Source: Oikopleura dioica
Lineage: Eukaryota > Animalia > Chordata
Reading direction: 5' to 3'
Length of the DNA: 64,000 nt
Assembly (NCBI GenBank): GCA_907165135.1
Contig: OU015567.1
Coordinates: 15,376,001 to 15,440,000, forward strand
The notes under the pieces were generated by a model, which saw nothing but the letters and a program-made list of their open reading frames with translations, was not told where the DNA came from and did not search any database. A program made the position numbers and the translations under genes. Positions 47,512 to 60,012 of the stretch are shown here, piece by piece (positions within the stretch are counted from its first letter, which is position 1; the number at the start of each line of letters is the position of its first letter).

Positions 47512-49407
47512 TCATACCGAAAGATACTGAGAAATAACGCGGGCGGATTCTTCCATTCCAATGTCAAGAGTAATAGCAGGTAGTGGACCAGATCGTTGAG
47601 TCTTCAGTGCCATTTGATGAAGCTTTGTTTTAGCATCCATATCATCACTACAACAATGATTGAGTGTATATAATCAGCAATATTCTACCTGATGGCAACA
47701 GGAATAATCTCGTATCCAAGTTCTTTGCCTTGAATTCCCAACCCCTTGTAGAACTCTGCTGAATCTTCAGCGTCGTGCACTTGAAATAGATATAAAAGAA
47801 GGTCGATGACAATTAAAATTACCAAAGACAATAACTTTTCGGGTGCTGAAGTTCCATCTGTGAAGCCTTCTCCAGACTTGTCCTTTTCGCTCATTCTTCC
47901 AGGAGTCAAGCATAGCCTTGGAGTGAAGGAACATCTAAAATCAATTCGGAAACGTAAATATCATGAATACAGACATGAGTAGCCTGGTTTTCTTCGGTTT
48001 CATTATCGTGCTCACCACCATGTTCGGCGACATGCTCATGCTTCTGTTCGACGGGTCGAAGAACCCAGTTTTCATCCTTAATTTTTTACAATTCTACTTT
48101 CAGAATTTACACTAACAAAGCTTGAAAGAAGATCGTTTGCAATAAAGTCGGGGTCTGAATCAGCTTCCATGCAACTCTTTCTTGTTCCGAGGAAAGTATT
48201 GTAGTCGCTGCCGCGAACAAGAATATTGACATGATCGCTATCGTGCTCAAAGATACCAATTCTCAGCTCATCTAAACAGCCACCAATTTTGTAGTCCTGA
48301 TTCAATCGGCTGACGATATCTTTGACAAAGTCACGGAGTTGAGTAGACTTGGATTCGTCAAGAGATGCGATGTCGACGGCAATAACTAGATCAGGAGTTT
48401 CTGGAAGATTTTGCTTGGGACTCGGTCTGGGTCCCTTTTTGTCGTCATCATTTGCTTCTTTCTTCGAAGGAAGAGCAGTATCAACGGATGTTTCAGGCTC
48501 TTCGGCAACGCTTGGAGCAGAAACGAGATCTTCCTCCGTGGCAGGCTCTTCTACGGGAGCGGAGTTGTCGACCACTTGAGACTCTCCAGCATCACCATCA
48601 ACAGCTGCAGCTACATCAACAGGAGCATTGTCTTCTTCCTCGGTAACGGAAGCAGGCTCTGGATTCCTGACAACCGTTGGGTCGATAACTACTGGTTGAG
48701 GTTCCACTGGTGCTGGCGCTGGTTCAGATGGGGCTCCTGATTCTTCGTCAAGTACCGGCTCTTCTGTAACGACTAATGGAACTGGAACAGCAGTTGTTTC
48801 TTTTTATTTGGTTCGATATATTGTTCTCTTGTTCTATAGAACTGAAAACGCGAGGCTTTACAAACTTAGAACGGTTCCTTGTTGAGAGAGATCGCTTGAG
48901 TACTCGTCGTTGTAATCTTCAAGTGGATAAGTATCTTTTGTAAGTTTGGGAAATATCAGTTCTGCGAATTAATCTTGATTATTGCGAAGCGCATACATTA
49001 AGAGCGTTTACTTTAATTGCGTTAATCTGTGAAGCCCAAACTGCACTGGGTTCTGTCACAGCAGCAGTGCCAGAATCAACAAGGTTTTCATAATTTGCGG
49101 ACTCGTAATATTGCGATTTTTCGGGGAAATCATTGCCTAGAGAAGCATGCATTTAACGAAGCTGATACAAAGAAGACAAGCATATCAAGCTGATATAACT
49201 CGAGCGGAGTTTTTCAAAAAGCAAAAGTGCGAGGCGCTAGAAACCTGAAGAGTCTGATGAGAGAGTAATGTCGCCCTGTTGAAGGGGCGGCTGGTTCTCA
49301 TGAATGTTCGCTGGTCTTGTAGGTTCTTCTCCTGAAGAAGAATAAGCAGGATCAAAAGGATCTGCTCCTTGAGTGAGAGCCACAAGAAGGCATGGCAACA
49401 GCTTCAT
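47512..49407 (-). CDS. Secreted protein with acidic Pro/Ala/Val-rich linker and divergent VWA domain
   Basis: Signal MKLLPCLLVALTQG; low-complexity E/D/P/A/V region; DLVIAVD, LRDFVKDIV, RIGIFEH, RKVIVFV, GYEIIPVAI. Confidence 0.7.
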
Positions 49408-49766
49408 CTCTACTAAATGGTCGAACTTCTCTTTTAAAGAAAAAAGGAGCACAAAGCACTCGGCCTCGTCCAGCCCGCGACGTTCCCCGCGGTGATCAGT
49501 TTTATTTGACTTTCAACCCGTTTTGATGAACGAGCTGTTTATTTGACTTGCTCTCTTGTATTCTTACTTAGAGTTTGTTGAACTCTTTTGAAAGAATTCG
49601 TCTATCTGCATCACAAAATGGCTGCATGAATCGAGACTTCTTGCATAAATCCCGCGCAAAGTCTCGATTCCTCCGAAAAATGCTGATTCTAGCAAGTTTA
49701 GGTATCTTTATTGCACAGGCGTTAATATACAGAATAACAGACAGACTACACTGAAGTTTGAAGTTT

Positions 49767-51500
49767 TCATTGAGAAGCTTGTGAGATTCTTGACAAGATA
49801 ATCTCGGGCTCATAACACAGCGGTGAGCTGAGCTGGTAACACTTTTCGATTGTGATATAATTTCTGACGAGGCGGAAGAGGTTCCAGTAGCCGCAGAATT
49901 GTTCGCAGCAAATGGCGATGAGTCGATCGTACTGAGCATCGTGCATAAGCGCCAACTGGAAAGACAGAATTGTCACTTGGAAGCAAATCTAAATGAAGTT
50001 TTACTGAAGGCAAAGACATATTCTGACAAACCATGAAGATGTATAAAAATAGACTCGGGCCAAAAATCTTGTAAAACGAGTTTTCTCTTCTGTGACCGGG
50101 GCGAGCAGCATTGACGAATTTGCCGATGGCTTTCCAGCGCTGATTGTTCCACCTGACGATAGTTCCTTTTGGATATCGCTCGCCATCCTTCCATTCTGGA
50201 TCTTCTGCTTCAGATGCATTCGCTGGTCCGTCGACTTTCTTCCACTGGCCGAGCTGGCAGGTGATTTTGTAAGCAGAGTGAAGGTAGATTGGAGAGATCG
50301 TATGAGAAAGTTGGAAGATGAGCATGTTCATTATTATCATTACTGCATGCACTGTAGGCCAGGCAGCATCCGCAGCGAGATTCGACGGGCAAAAGAGATA
50401 AGAGATGTAGCAGATGTAGTAAGCACCTTCGAGTGCTTTCCTTGGGATTTATAACTCGATCCATTGATATAATTTAATTTATTTATCACAAAAGATAAAT
50501 CCCGTAGCTGATGGAATAGCGCACATAAGACGGACTCCAAAGTCATCGAGAAAGCTGTGGACCTCTAATCTGGTCTTTTTGACGTCCCCGCTCTCGCCGA
50601 AATGATTGATGATTTCTTGTGAAAGAAAGAAGTTTCTAGCTTCAGAATATAGATCGAAATAGGACATAGATACACTGGGGCCATATCTTTTTCGACATTT
50701 GGAAGCTAAGAACATCATGTGATAAAGCTAAGAAAGAAGTTAGAAATTGAAAATATGTCGTGTTCATACCCCAATAACAGTTTTGATAAAAATCGGTAGA
50801 GCAAGAAGAATAACTGCCATATAATTTCCAATACTCAGGTAATGACAGATAATCGTCAGTAGAGCTTGAAAATTGGTTTATTCTCCGTCGTTAGTAATAC
50901 TACTTACAGATGAACCATATCTGCATACATGAACCCATGAAGAATATCGTCAAATATTCGGTGATATTACTTCGACTAGCGATTGACCTCACTGAGAATA
51001 TTTCACCTTCAAGGCGGCTCCAAGCTGATGTGAACTTGTCAAGACAAATTGGCTACAAAAATTAACAATTGCTAAAAATAATTGTTTTACCAGTGCATAT
51101 TGAAAAATGGCGAGCAGAATGAAAATGAATATCCGAGTGTCGATCATGTCTGTATTCATGGCGGAGGACTGACTGTATACTCCAACGGGCCACCACCAGT
51201 AGCGCTGAATTATTATGTTGTATCGATACTGATTTCACACTTTGACCTTACTTTATATAAATAAATATGCTGCCCACAAAGAGCATCAAACAAGTAAAAC
51301 ATGATAAAGCAAGTATGAAACGCATCTGACCAAGGTTGAATCGCATCGCATGGAATTTGCGGGATAGTGATCTGCGCTAGAATTTTATTCGCACTCGTCG
51401 AGTCTGCTTTTTTGACGAACGCTTTATCAACGTCGTTTGAGCTGTTTTTGCTCTTTACTGGTTCTTTCTTTGACTTTTCCGATTTCGCTTTTTTAGGCAT
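49767..51500 (-). CDS. TMEM39: Transmembrane protein 39
   Basis: QHIYLYK, GAYYICYI, LGQWKKV, W..GERYPKGTIVRW..WKAIG..NAARP....FY.IF, LFRLVRNYI match the TMEM39A/B layout. Confidence 0.85.
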
Positions 51501-51623
51501 TTTGTTTTTATTTTCTGAAGTAAGCAGGATTTAGGACCAAGAGCAGTTATTCCAGCGATTGGAATGGCAACGGAATGGCACTGAACTTGAGCACATATGA
51601 ACTTAAAACTTGAAAGACAGAGG

Positions 51624-52526
51624 TTAACGATGCAAAAAATAAACTGAGAAAATAGAGAGAGGAATTTTAAGAGGCCATGGGTTGGTTATCGGAAGATTCT
51701 TCTTCAAAGTCGTCGACGTATTCCATGAATTCGACGATTCCGTCGATGAGCTTCGTGATCGGGGTTTTTGGTGTTCGATCTCGATCTCTTCTATGTCATC
51801 GCCAGCATCATCTGCATTTTCGTTTCTGCGAGCCATGATATCATCAATGGTATAGAACTAAAACAATCATAAATAAACGACTGATGATTATAGCGGTCTA
51901 TTTACCCGAATGCGTTCGAAGAGTTCCTTCAAACTGACGCTTCTGAAGGTGTTTTCGTTGGCTCTATTCATGGAAGAGAGATTGACGGATTCGGGGTTGA
52001 AATCTCGCAGCATTTGGAAAAAGTCCCTCGCCTCCATATCCGGATGAAGCAGAAAGAAACGCTTGCAAATCTCCAAATCGAGCTTTTTCTGGAGCTCGAG
52101 GGTGCACTTCGTGTGTCGTTCAAATTCACTCTCGCTCATGTGGACGGCGCAGTGTTCGCACTGCTTTTCGGGGAGGCAATTCTTTTTGTGTTCGTTGAAC
52201 TGGGCATATGGTATTGTCAAGTGGCAATGGTTGCAGACGAGCTGGAACTTCTCGAGGAACATCGACATGGTTCGCCCTTTTCGGCCGGTGAATTGGGACT
52301 TCCGGCAAAGAGGACATTCGTCGGAGCGTCCTTGCGTCTCCATGAAGCAACTCTGGCACATGTGTCCTTGGCAGCATTGAACTTCGAAGGGTGCCTAACA
52401 AGAGAGAATCATGGAAACAAGGAAGAGAACGACTGGACTTACATCAAGTATCTCTTTGCAAATCGGGCAACTAACTTCATCTTTGAACATCAAATATTGG
52501 GGCGCGAGCGTGGCATCTAATCCCAT
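51624..52526 (-). CDS. RING-finger protein with TRAF-like zinc fingers
   Basis: CPICKEILDAPFEVQCCQGHMCQSC...CPLCR then CNHC..HKKNC and CEHC..H.KC; 3' end tentative. Confidence 0.8.
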
Positions 52527-52850
52527 CCAGATTATTACAGTAATATCTAAAGCGTTAAAGAATTAGAAAAGTCGATCAGTAAATATTATTTATCGGTTGA
52601 AGTTGAAAGGCACTTTAGTGAAATAGTTCTTTTTGTGAAATTGCACTGAATACAGAAATACAGAAATAGTAGTGTAGAAAAGTGGATAAGAAGGACTGAA
52701 TCAATCACAGTGTTTGAAAGGAAAAAGCGGTTAATTGTAAAATCGTAAATTGTACATAAATATATATCCTAAATCTATCGATCGTTCCCCAGATCGATAT
52801 GTTTTTACAATTCTTACATAAAAAGACAACATGAAATTATTCTAAAATCG

Positions 52851-55800
52851 CTACAGCTCGTCTTTAGGATCGGGTTTAGGAGGGAGTTTTGGAGCTCTCG
52901 CTAGAACGCGGTCTAACTGATCCTGGACGTCTTTGATGTCGAACTCGGTCTGGATGATACTTCGCTGGCCTCCGCCGTGTGGGAAGAACATCAATGTTGG
53001 ATACTCCGCGAGATTGAGTCCGCGGCAGAGATGCGCTGAGCTCGCACAGTCCACTTTCGCGAATAAAACGGTCTCCTTGTACTAAAAAATCGGATAGATA
53101 CGCGTTTCAGTTAGTCCTTTACCTTTATGGAAGCAAGCTGATAGTAAGGCTCAAACTGTTTACAAGGCCTGCACCAATTGGCATAAAAATCGATCAAAAC
53201 ATGTCTTCCATCTTGGTGAACTCTCTGAATGTAGTTGAAGATATTCTTCTGAGGCGAGGCATTTGCGATTGGTGAGAAGCGATTGAGCTCGGACGATAAG
53301 AAGTGAATAAATGCGAATTCATCTCTTTGCTGATATGGGAACGTTTGCGGTGTGTTGACGGGAGAGCCCTGCTTTCGTGGAGCAAGGTATTTCAGCGTTG
53401 GATATGATCGAATCCCGAGACTATCATTGTGTTTTATATGATTGAAGATATATAAAAAGGTACCTTTCGCAGAGCTCCTGGTTTTCCGGACATTCAACGT
53501 GGCCAAATTTAACCGTTCCTTGAAGCTGCTTGGCAGCACTTTTGAACTCAGGGAACATTCGATTACAGGGTCGACACCAGCTCGCAGCAAAGTCAATGAA
53601 CCAAATTTCCTCGTGGGGGCGGTGCATGATTTCTTGAAACAAATAATTGATAGGAGACATTTATGTCGATTACCTTCTCGCCAAATTTTCGCATCGAGTT
53701 TTCGGACACTGGGGTTTTTGATATCCTCGTAAAATTCAACAAGCGCTTGCCAGTCGTAGTCGCCGCTGTATGTCTCTTTCACTTGCTTTCCAGCCTTGTC
53801 TGTTCCGTAAAATTGAAGAGTTGGATAGCTTCTGATTCCGTACTTGTTGCAGATTCCTAATTAAAATGAGTTAAAAAGGTATTCTCGAAAGAAGTGACGC
53901 TCTACCTGGATAGGTCTCGCAATCTATGTAGGCAATTTTAACGTTCTTCTGTGCCAGAATCGTTGAAGCGTGACGGACGTGGGGTAAAAAGTTATTACAC
54001 GGAGGGCACCAAGGCGCTGAGAAATCAAGAATCCATTCCGAGCCATCGGAGAGCAGCTCATCGAGCGATGAAAGGGACGGAGTGTGCATTCTAGTCTTGA
54101 GCACTTCTTTGGCGAATTCGCCGATGTTCATCAGGTTCCAGTCGTCGTGGAAGACTTCAAACGCGCCTTTTCCATGTCCTGATCATTGGAATAAAAAAAC
54201 ATCATAATTTATACTGTCAGCGTCACGTACGGACTTTATTTGACTGATAAGAATCCGAGGTTAATCAAACTGATTCCATTTTGCCATTTCTGATTGGCTT
54301 TATGTATGAACCTTAACCCACAAAAAATCTCTTTTGCGTAGGCAAGGTATTAGTTTCTGCGATATTTTGTGTAGTAAAAGTGGACAGCAATAATTATTGT
54401 CACAACTTTATGAAATTCCATTCCTGAGAAGATCAGCAAATTGGTCTTACTCCCAAAGATCTTGGAGCACGATGCTCTCATAAGTCCATCAGTACAGTCG
54501 ACGATAGCGAACGGGTCGGCCTTTCGGAAAATGTTCGAGTTCTTCACGAAATAGTTGGGCAGTCGTTTGAGGACAAGTTTTTGCTCTTCAGAGAATGTTC
54601 CAAAGTCAAGAGCGATGATTTTCTTTTCGTTGTGAATGTTGTCGAGGATTTTTGGGTCTTTCTCAGGTTTGACATGCTCTAGCAGCTAGAGTCTAGCTAA
54701 ATGATGTTAAATTTAAAGATCTTTCGAAACCGGTTCCTAAAATCTCGGGCACTTGAATCAAACTAAGAGTTTTTAAAATAACTTCTTTCGCGATAAATCC
54801 ATCAAGCTCAACTCCTTTCTCCGCCGAATCAACAGGACTGACGCCAGCTGGGAAAACGAACATGCTCTCTTCCGTCGACGATTTCCTCTTGCAGAGTTCT
54901 GGCAAAACATCTTTCGTGCAGTCGATTTTGAGAGCATAAGCATCCTGACCAAAACCGACGGAAAGTTGGTACTCGAATGGGATCTTCGGGTAATTAAATT
55001 CGCCATCAGCGTCGGACAAGATATAAACACAAGGTTTCTTGATGAAGTTGGGCAAAGAAACGATTCCATTCAGCGCTCGGACTCGATGGGAAACGCTTTT
55101 GACGCCAAAATCCACGAAATTCTCGACGGTCTTTGGGAGCGTGAACTTCTTTCCTCTTCTGACGAATTTTCCTCCGTGATAAATTTGGTATCGCTGCGCC
55201 CCTTGCTCAAAGACCATTACTGTTGGGTAGCCGGTGATGCCGATGTTCATGCAGGTTCTTCGATAATCTCGACAGCTGATTGCTCCAAGCTTGACGATTC
55301 CTTCCAGTTGAATCGCTGCTTCTCTCCAGGCGGGGGCCATGTCGTGACAATGAGAACATCGCTCCGAATAAAACTTGATCATCCAGACATCATCTGACGC
55401 CATCGCTGCCTGCAGCTCGACAGCATCAAACACATGTACTTCCTGGTCGTCATCGTAGAGTCCGAATTCTTCTTGGAAAAAGCTCCAGGATTCATAGCGA
55501 TTTCCGCCGAATCCTTCTTCCAAACCTTTTTCGCCCCAACGATCGTACTTCTTTCTCGTTTCATCGTCTTTTAGAACCTAAAAGCAAAGTTTCGTGAAGT
55601 TTCAAATAAGCATCGCAGGGGGAGGTTCAAATAATTCTTATGATTCGGGTTTCTAGAGATTTCCTCGAAACACACCTTTCGTATCAATTCTCCTGACTAT
55701 AATTAATTAATTATTATTGTCTGTAGTACAGACTCTGTACCTCGTAAATTTTATTCAGTTCCATGAATTTTTCATGCGCGTCCGGGTCGTCTGACTTGTC

Positions 55801-55950
55801 CGGGTGCATCGTAAGTGCCAGCTTCTTGAATGCCTTTCTGATCTCCTTGCTAGTCGCCGATTTATCCACGCCCAGTTTTTCATAATATTCAGAGTTGTTG
55901 ACAGCACTCGTAAGCGCAACCAAGCCGAACAAAAACAGCAAGTTCTTCAT
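52851..55950 (-). CDS. DNAJC10: ERdj5, J-domain plus thioredoxin domains
   Basis: Signal peptide, J domain with HPD, CSHC, CPPC, CRPC, CRPC, C-terminal KDEL. Confidence 0.97.
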
Positions 55951-57010
55951 TTTCTTTAGTAACGATTTCGAAATCCACACAGGCTCTCTGAAACACAAAA
56001 TGTTACGCTTTTGTAGTCAAATTTCTGTAGCAAAAAAGCCAGAATAATCTCTATGAGTTGGCTCCAGGGCCACATTTTAGGCGTTAATTGATAGAAAAAA
56101 ACCGAGAAATCTCAGTTTGCAAATTCGAATTGAAAAACCTAACGTTCCATCTACCGGTATTCGGTGCCACCGAATCGGTGGAGGGTAACTCGTAAGAATA
56201 CGTGGCCTAATTTTAGAATCAAAAGAGGTACATTTTCGCCTTTCTCAAATTTCATAAAGGAAAGAACTGTTTTTTTTTTATTTTTAAAATAACTCTATAA
56301 TTTTATTTATAATTTTTAAATCAGAAAAGATTAATTTTAAGTATTTTTTCTGAAACTTAGTATTTTGAAGTGAAAAGAGCGCTTTGAAGTATTCTAGCGT
56401 CGCGAAAGAGTCTCTCGTAAGCATGGCAGTCAAAGCTTTCCAGTTGAATAGAGAAAGTCGACTGGCGTGATTGGCTTGCGCGGGGGAGGGCGAAGCTCAA
56501 CGCAAAAAGAGATGATCCGGACCCAGACAAGAGCATGTTCGCTTCTACATGAAGTTTTTTCAGAAAGAAACAATTAAAGAAGATATGATGGAATGAAATA
56601 GTTGGGACTTCAAGAGCCGAAAAGAAGCGTTGTCAATTCAAGAATTCATGATGATTATGAAGGTTTCCGTATTCAATTTGAACATCTATTCTGAGCGAAA
56701 ATCCAAGATGAAAATCCCTGAAAGAAACGGCTTCAAAGAGCGCTAATCAGAGGACCAAACGGGGAATGAAGAACGTCCTCTTCTGCGCGCGTTTTTCTCG
56801 GTCCTCTACTTGGCCCATGCATAATGCATTCCCTCAGCTTTCTACGCCAATCGCCGCTAGTAGCTACGACCAATCCCTTTTTTTCTGAAACGCCAATACA
56901 TGTATCTATCTCTTTCTGATCTTCCTTCCAACTCTCTTGTTTATTTACTATTTACAGAAGAGAAATCTGCTGATAATTTCAAAACTGTAATCGATTTCGT
57001 TAAGACAAAC

Positions 57011-59227
57011 ATGGCCTTGCCTGGAGTGGGCGTTTTTCCAGGCGAAAACCCGGAGTTTATTGTTCAGCACTTGAGAAAAGCAGGATTCCCAGTGAAGGCG
57101 GTATGGGCCCAGGTAAGTCCTCTTCAAAAAATCTCTCCTGAAATTTACGAAAATCGTCACGAAATTTCTTGACAGCAATTTGGCTGGGTCAGGTCTTAGC
57201 TCATCCGAGATCTTGATATTTTGGGAATCAATAATCCCTGGGAGTTATGTAAATTGAAATTTCCTTCCAGAAGACCCTTCCTGTTCAAAAATCGAAATTG
57301 ACCTTTACCGACTCTTAGACGGAGAAACAAGCCATCGAAGTCAAAAAGAAGCTCAATCTCCCATACGTGACGACATCCATTCGGTATGTCAATGATTGAA
57401 TTCATCGGTTTTCATGCGAATTTTCAGCGAGCTCGTCTTGCACACCGAAGTCGATTTGGTGATTATCGATTCTCCACCGCCGACTCATCAGCAGATTTGC
57501 GCGAATGCGCTCGGTGGGTAGTGATCTCCGCCCGAAGAGACCCTTTTCATCATTTCAGGCATCGGCAAGCATGTCCTGTGCACACTTCCCGGCGGTTTGA
57601 ACATGCGCGACACTCGAAAAATGTTCGACGCGGCTTCTTACTATCCCCAGCTGCTCGCCGCCGCGCTGAATCCAGTCCGCTTCATTGAGCAAATCGTCAA
57701 GTTGAGGAATTTCATCAAATCGTCGGCCGGACAAGTCTACATGGTCGAGGCAAAGATGAAGTCAAAGGTACTTGAGCCGCTCGTTTGTTTATTTGAACTC
57801 TTTATCTTCAAATAGGCGCAGAGCAAAGAACACTGGAAGACGGATCATCGAATGGCCATGTTGGGTTGGAAAATTACCAAGAATCGAGAACAGTCGCTTT
57901 TTACACATTCTGAAGGAACAATTTTCCTATTAGAAATTGAAATAGTTCTGTCAGGGAGACAGGAGTGTCTTGCGCAAAGATTACAAAGATCAGATAAACA
58001 CGAGTTGTTTTGATGCTTCCTTGCTCTCTATCGTGATTCTTGTTGATTCGGAATGTCGTAGATACTCGCCCGGTATATTTTGCAACCCAAGCGTCAAGGA
58101 GGCGGTGCTCTATCGTTGCTCGGAGGCTGTCTGATAGATATTGTATCCCACGTCATTGACGAATGTGCTACTCGAGCGATTGGGACGACGTCAAGGAGCC
58201 CGGCGAGGCCTTCTTGTGACTCATTCGCCACTTTTCAACTAACATTTCCCTCGGGTTTGATTTCAAATCAAGAGAGACCACCGCGCTAATTTGATCATTT
58301 TTAGGCACTCTCTGCTCTGGTACGATTGCGTTTTCGGAGATCTTCGAATTTGAGCTCGTCATAACTTGCTCACAGGGCGTATTTAGGAATGGGATTAGAT
58401 TTGGCTTGTTGCTAATATTGCAATATATGTACGAAAATAGCTCAATAGAAGAAAGTGTGCACATGAATCCCGGTTCACAGACTAGATTCAAGCCTGAACA
58501 TCACCTCAACTCCTGGCTATCTGTTGGAAAGCATGCATCCTCGAACAGAAAGTGTTATCGAGATCAGACCCGCCTCCCAAATGTGTGACGAATCAGCTGA
58601 AGATCATGCTGATCACACAAACGAGTCTGAGAATGCTGACTCGGTATCGCCCGAGAAGGACGTGAAGAATAATAAGACGGAAGAGACCAGCGGCGAGGCA
58701 GACGAGGAGGTGAAGAAAACCTTTGCTGAGAGCGGCGCGCAGACGATAGCGATTGAAACCCAAGATGCCGCCGCTGAAACGAGCAATGGGAATATTCAGC
58801 TTTTGTCTGATAGAGAGTCACTCGTCAAAATGGGCCTTCCCAAGTTGCTCGAGGCGGTGAAGGAAAGGGATGAAGGAATTTTAGTTAATGCTTCAGAGAA
58901 AGAAATCCTCAGATATTTATCATCTCCTCGAAAGGACTCATTCTTAACTGGCGGAATGGATTCGCGATCCTGGAATGAGACGTAAGTTGAGGAAACCTTC
59001 AGTGGAATGTGTGCTATAAAAAATCCTTCAGAGCGATCAACGACTCGCCCATTGGCAAGTTCTCTGATATTCTATACGTTCAAGGAGTGCTCGATGCTCT
59101 CCGACGTTCGGATAAATCCGGCGAGGTCGAAGGCGTTGAAATGGGCGACGAACTCAAACTCGAGCAGCTTCACTTCCAGGCCGAATTCGGAACCTACGTC
59201 GAGACCGTCGACCATCTTCAGATCTGA
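57011..59227 (+). CDS. GFOD1/GFOD2: Glucose-fructose oxidoreductase domain protein (Gfo/Idh/MocA)
   Basis: MALPGVGVF, GFPVKAVW, VDLVIIDSPPP, GIGKHVLC, AASYYPQL, GGGAL..LGGCLIDI, DSFATFQL, FSDILYVQGVLDALRRSDKSGE. Confidence 0.9.
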
Positions 59228-60012
59228 AAATATGACCATTAATCCTCTAACCCTCCATCATCCGAATAATACGAATTTCAAAGTAATGTTTACTCGTGCA
59301 ATACCTTTTTTTCTTTCTGTAAGTTGCGCACCTCGGCCATTACTGATACGCCGTCGAATCGTGTAGTACCAGTAAAAGCCGGCGTCAGTTCAGCCATTCA
59401 CAATTTATTCTAACTCAATTTCATTCATTTACCAGCAAGTCTTCTTTCTGTTCTTTACCAGCACTTCTTTCCGAATGATATCTATTCCTATTTAACTTCA
59501 ATCCGTTCCTAATGTTCATAAATTCAGATGACGCGAAGATGACAACGTGGGAATGCTCGGTTTGCTGGCAAGTCATCGAGGAGCATAGAAAGGCCGATAT
59601 CAGGAAGCACCGAATCTCCCACATCAGAGAAAATGACTGGGCAAAGCTAGAGTGAGCATTCCCTCTCATAAAATTGAAATCAAACGTACCTTTCTTCAGG
59701 AAATCTGTCTCTCGTAGCAAAACGCAACATTGGCTGAACGAGCAGACAGAACAGCCGACTGCTTTGACGACCTCAGCTCAAAACTCTGTCGGTGATTCTC
59801 CTTGTACTAGCTTTGAGTCTCCTGGAAGTAACTTCAGGTTGGTCATTCTTTCTTTCTCAATTTCAGCTGCTTCCCCGGTACCTTCAATTGACTCCTTCAT
59901 CCATCTGGCGAGAATCACGGGGTCCGCCTACAAATCGTGGGGGAGAATGTCGCACCTTTAGTTTCCTAGAATCATATACAGTTTTACAGTGTGATTAGCT
60001 GGTATCTAGAGA

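Noticed and set aside
59421-59960. Minus-strand frame with in-frame TGA at 59778-59780 (selenoprotein or readthrough?)
   Set aside because: Several alternative splices remove the stop, no family is recognisable and no SECIS was seen. A small gene may exist but is unsupported.
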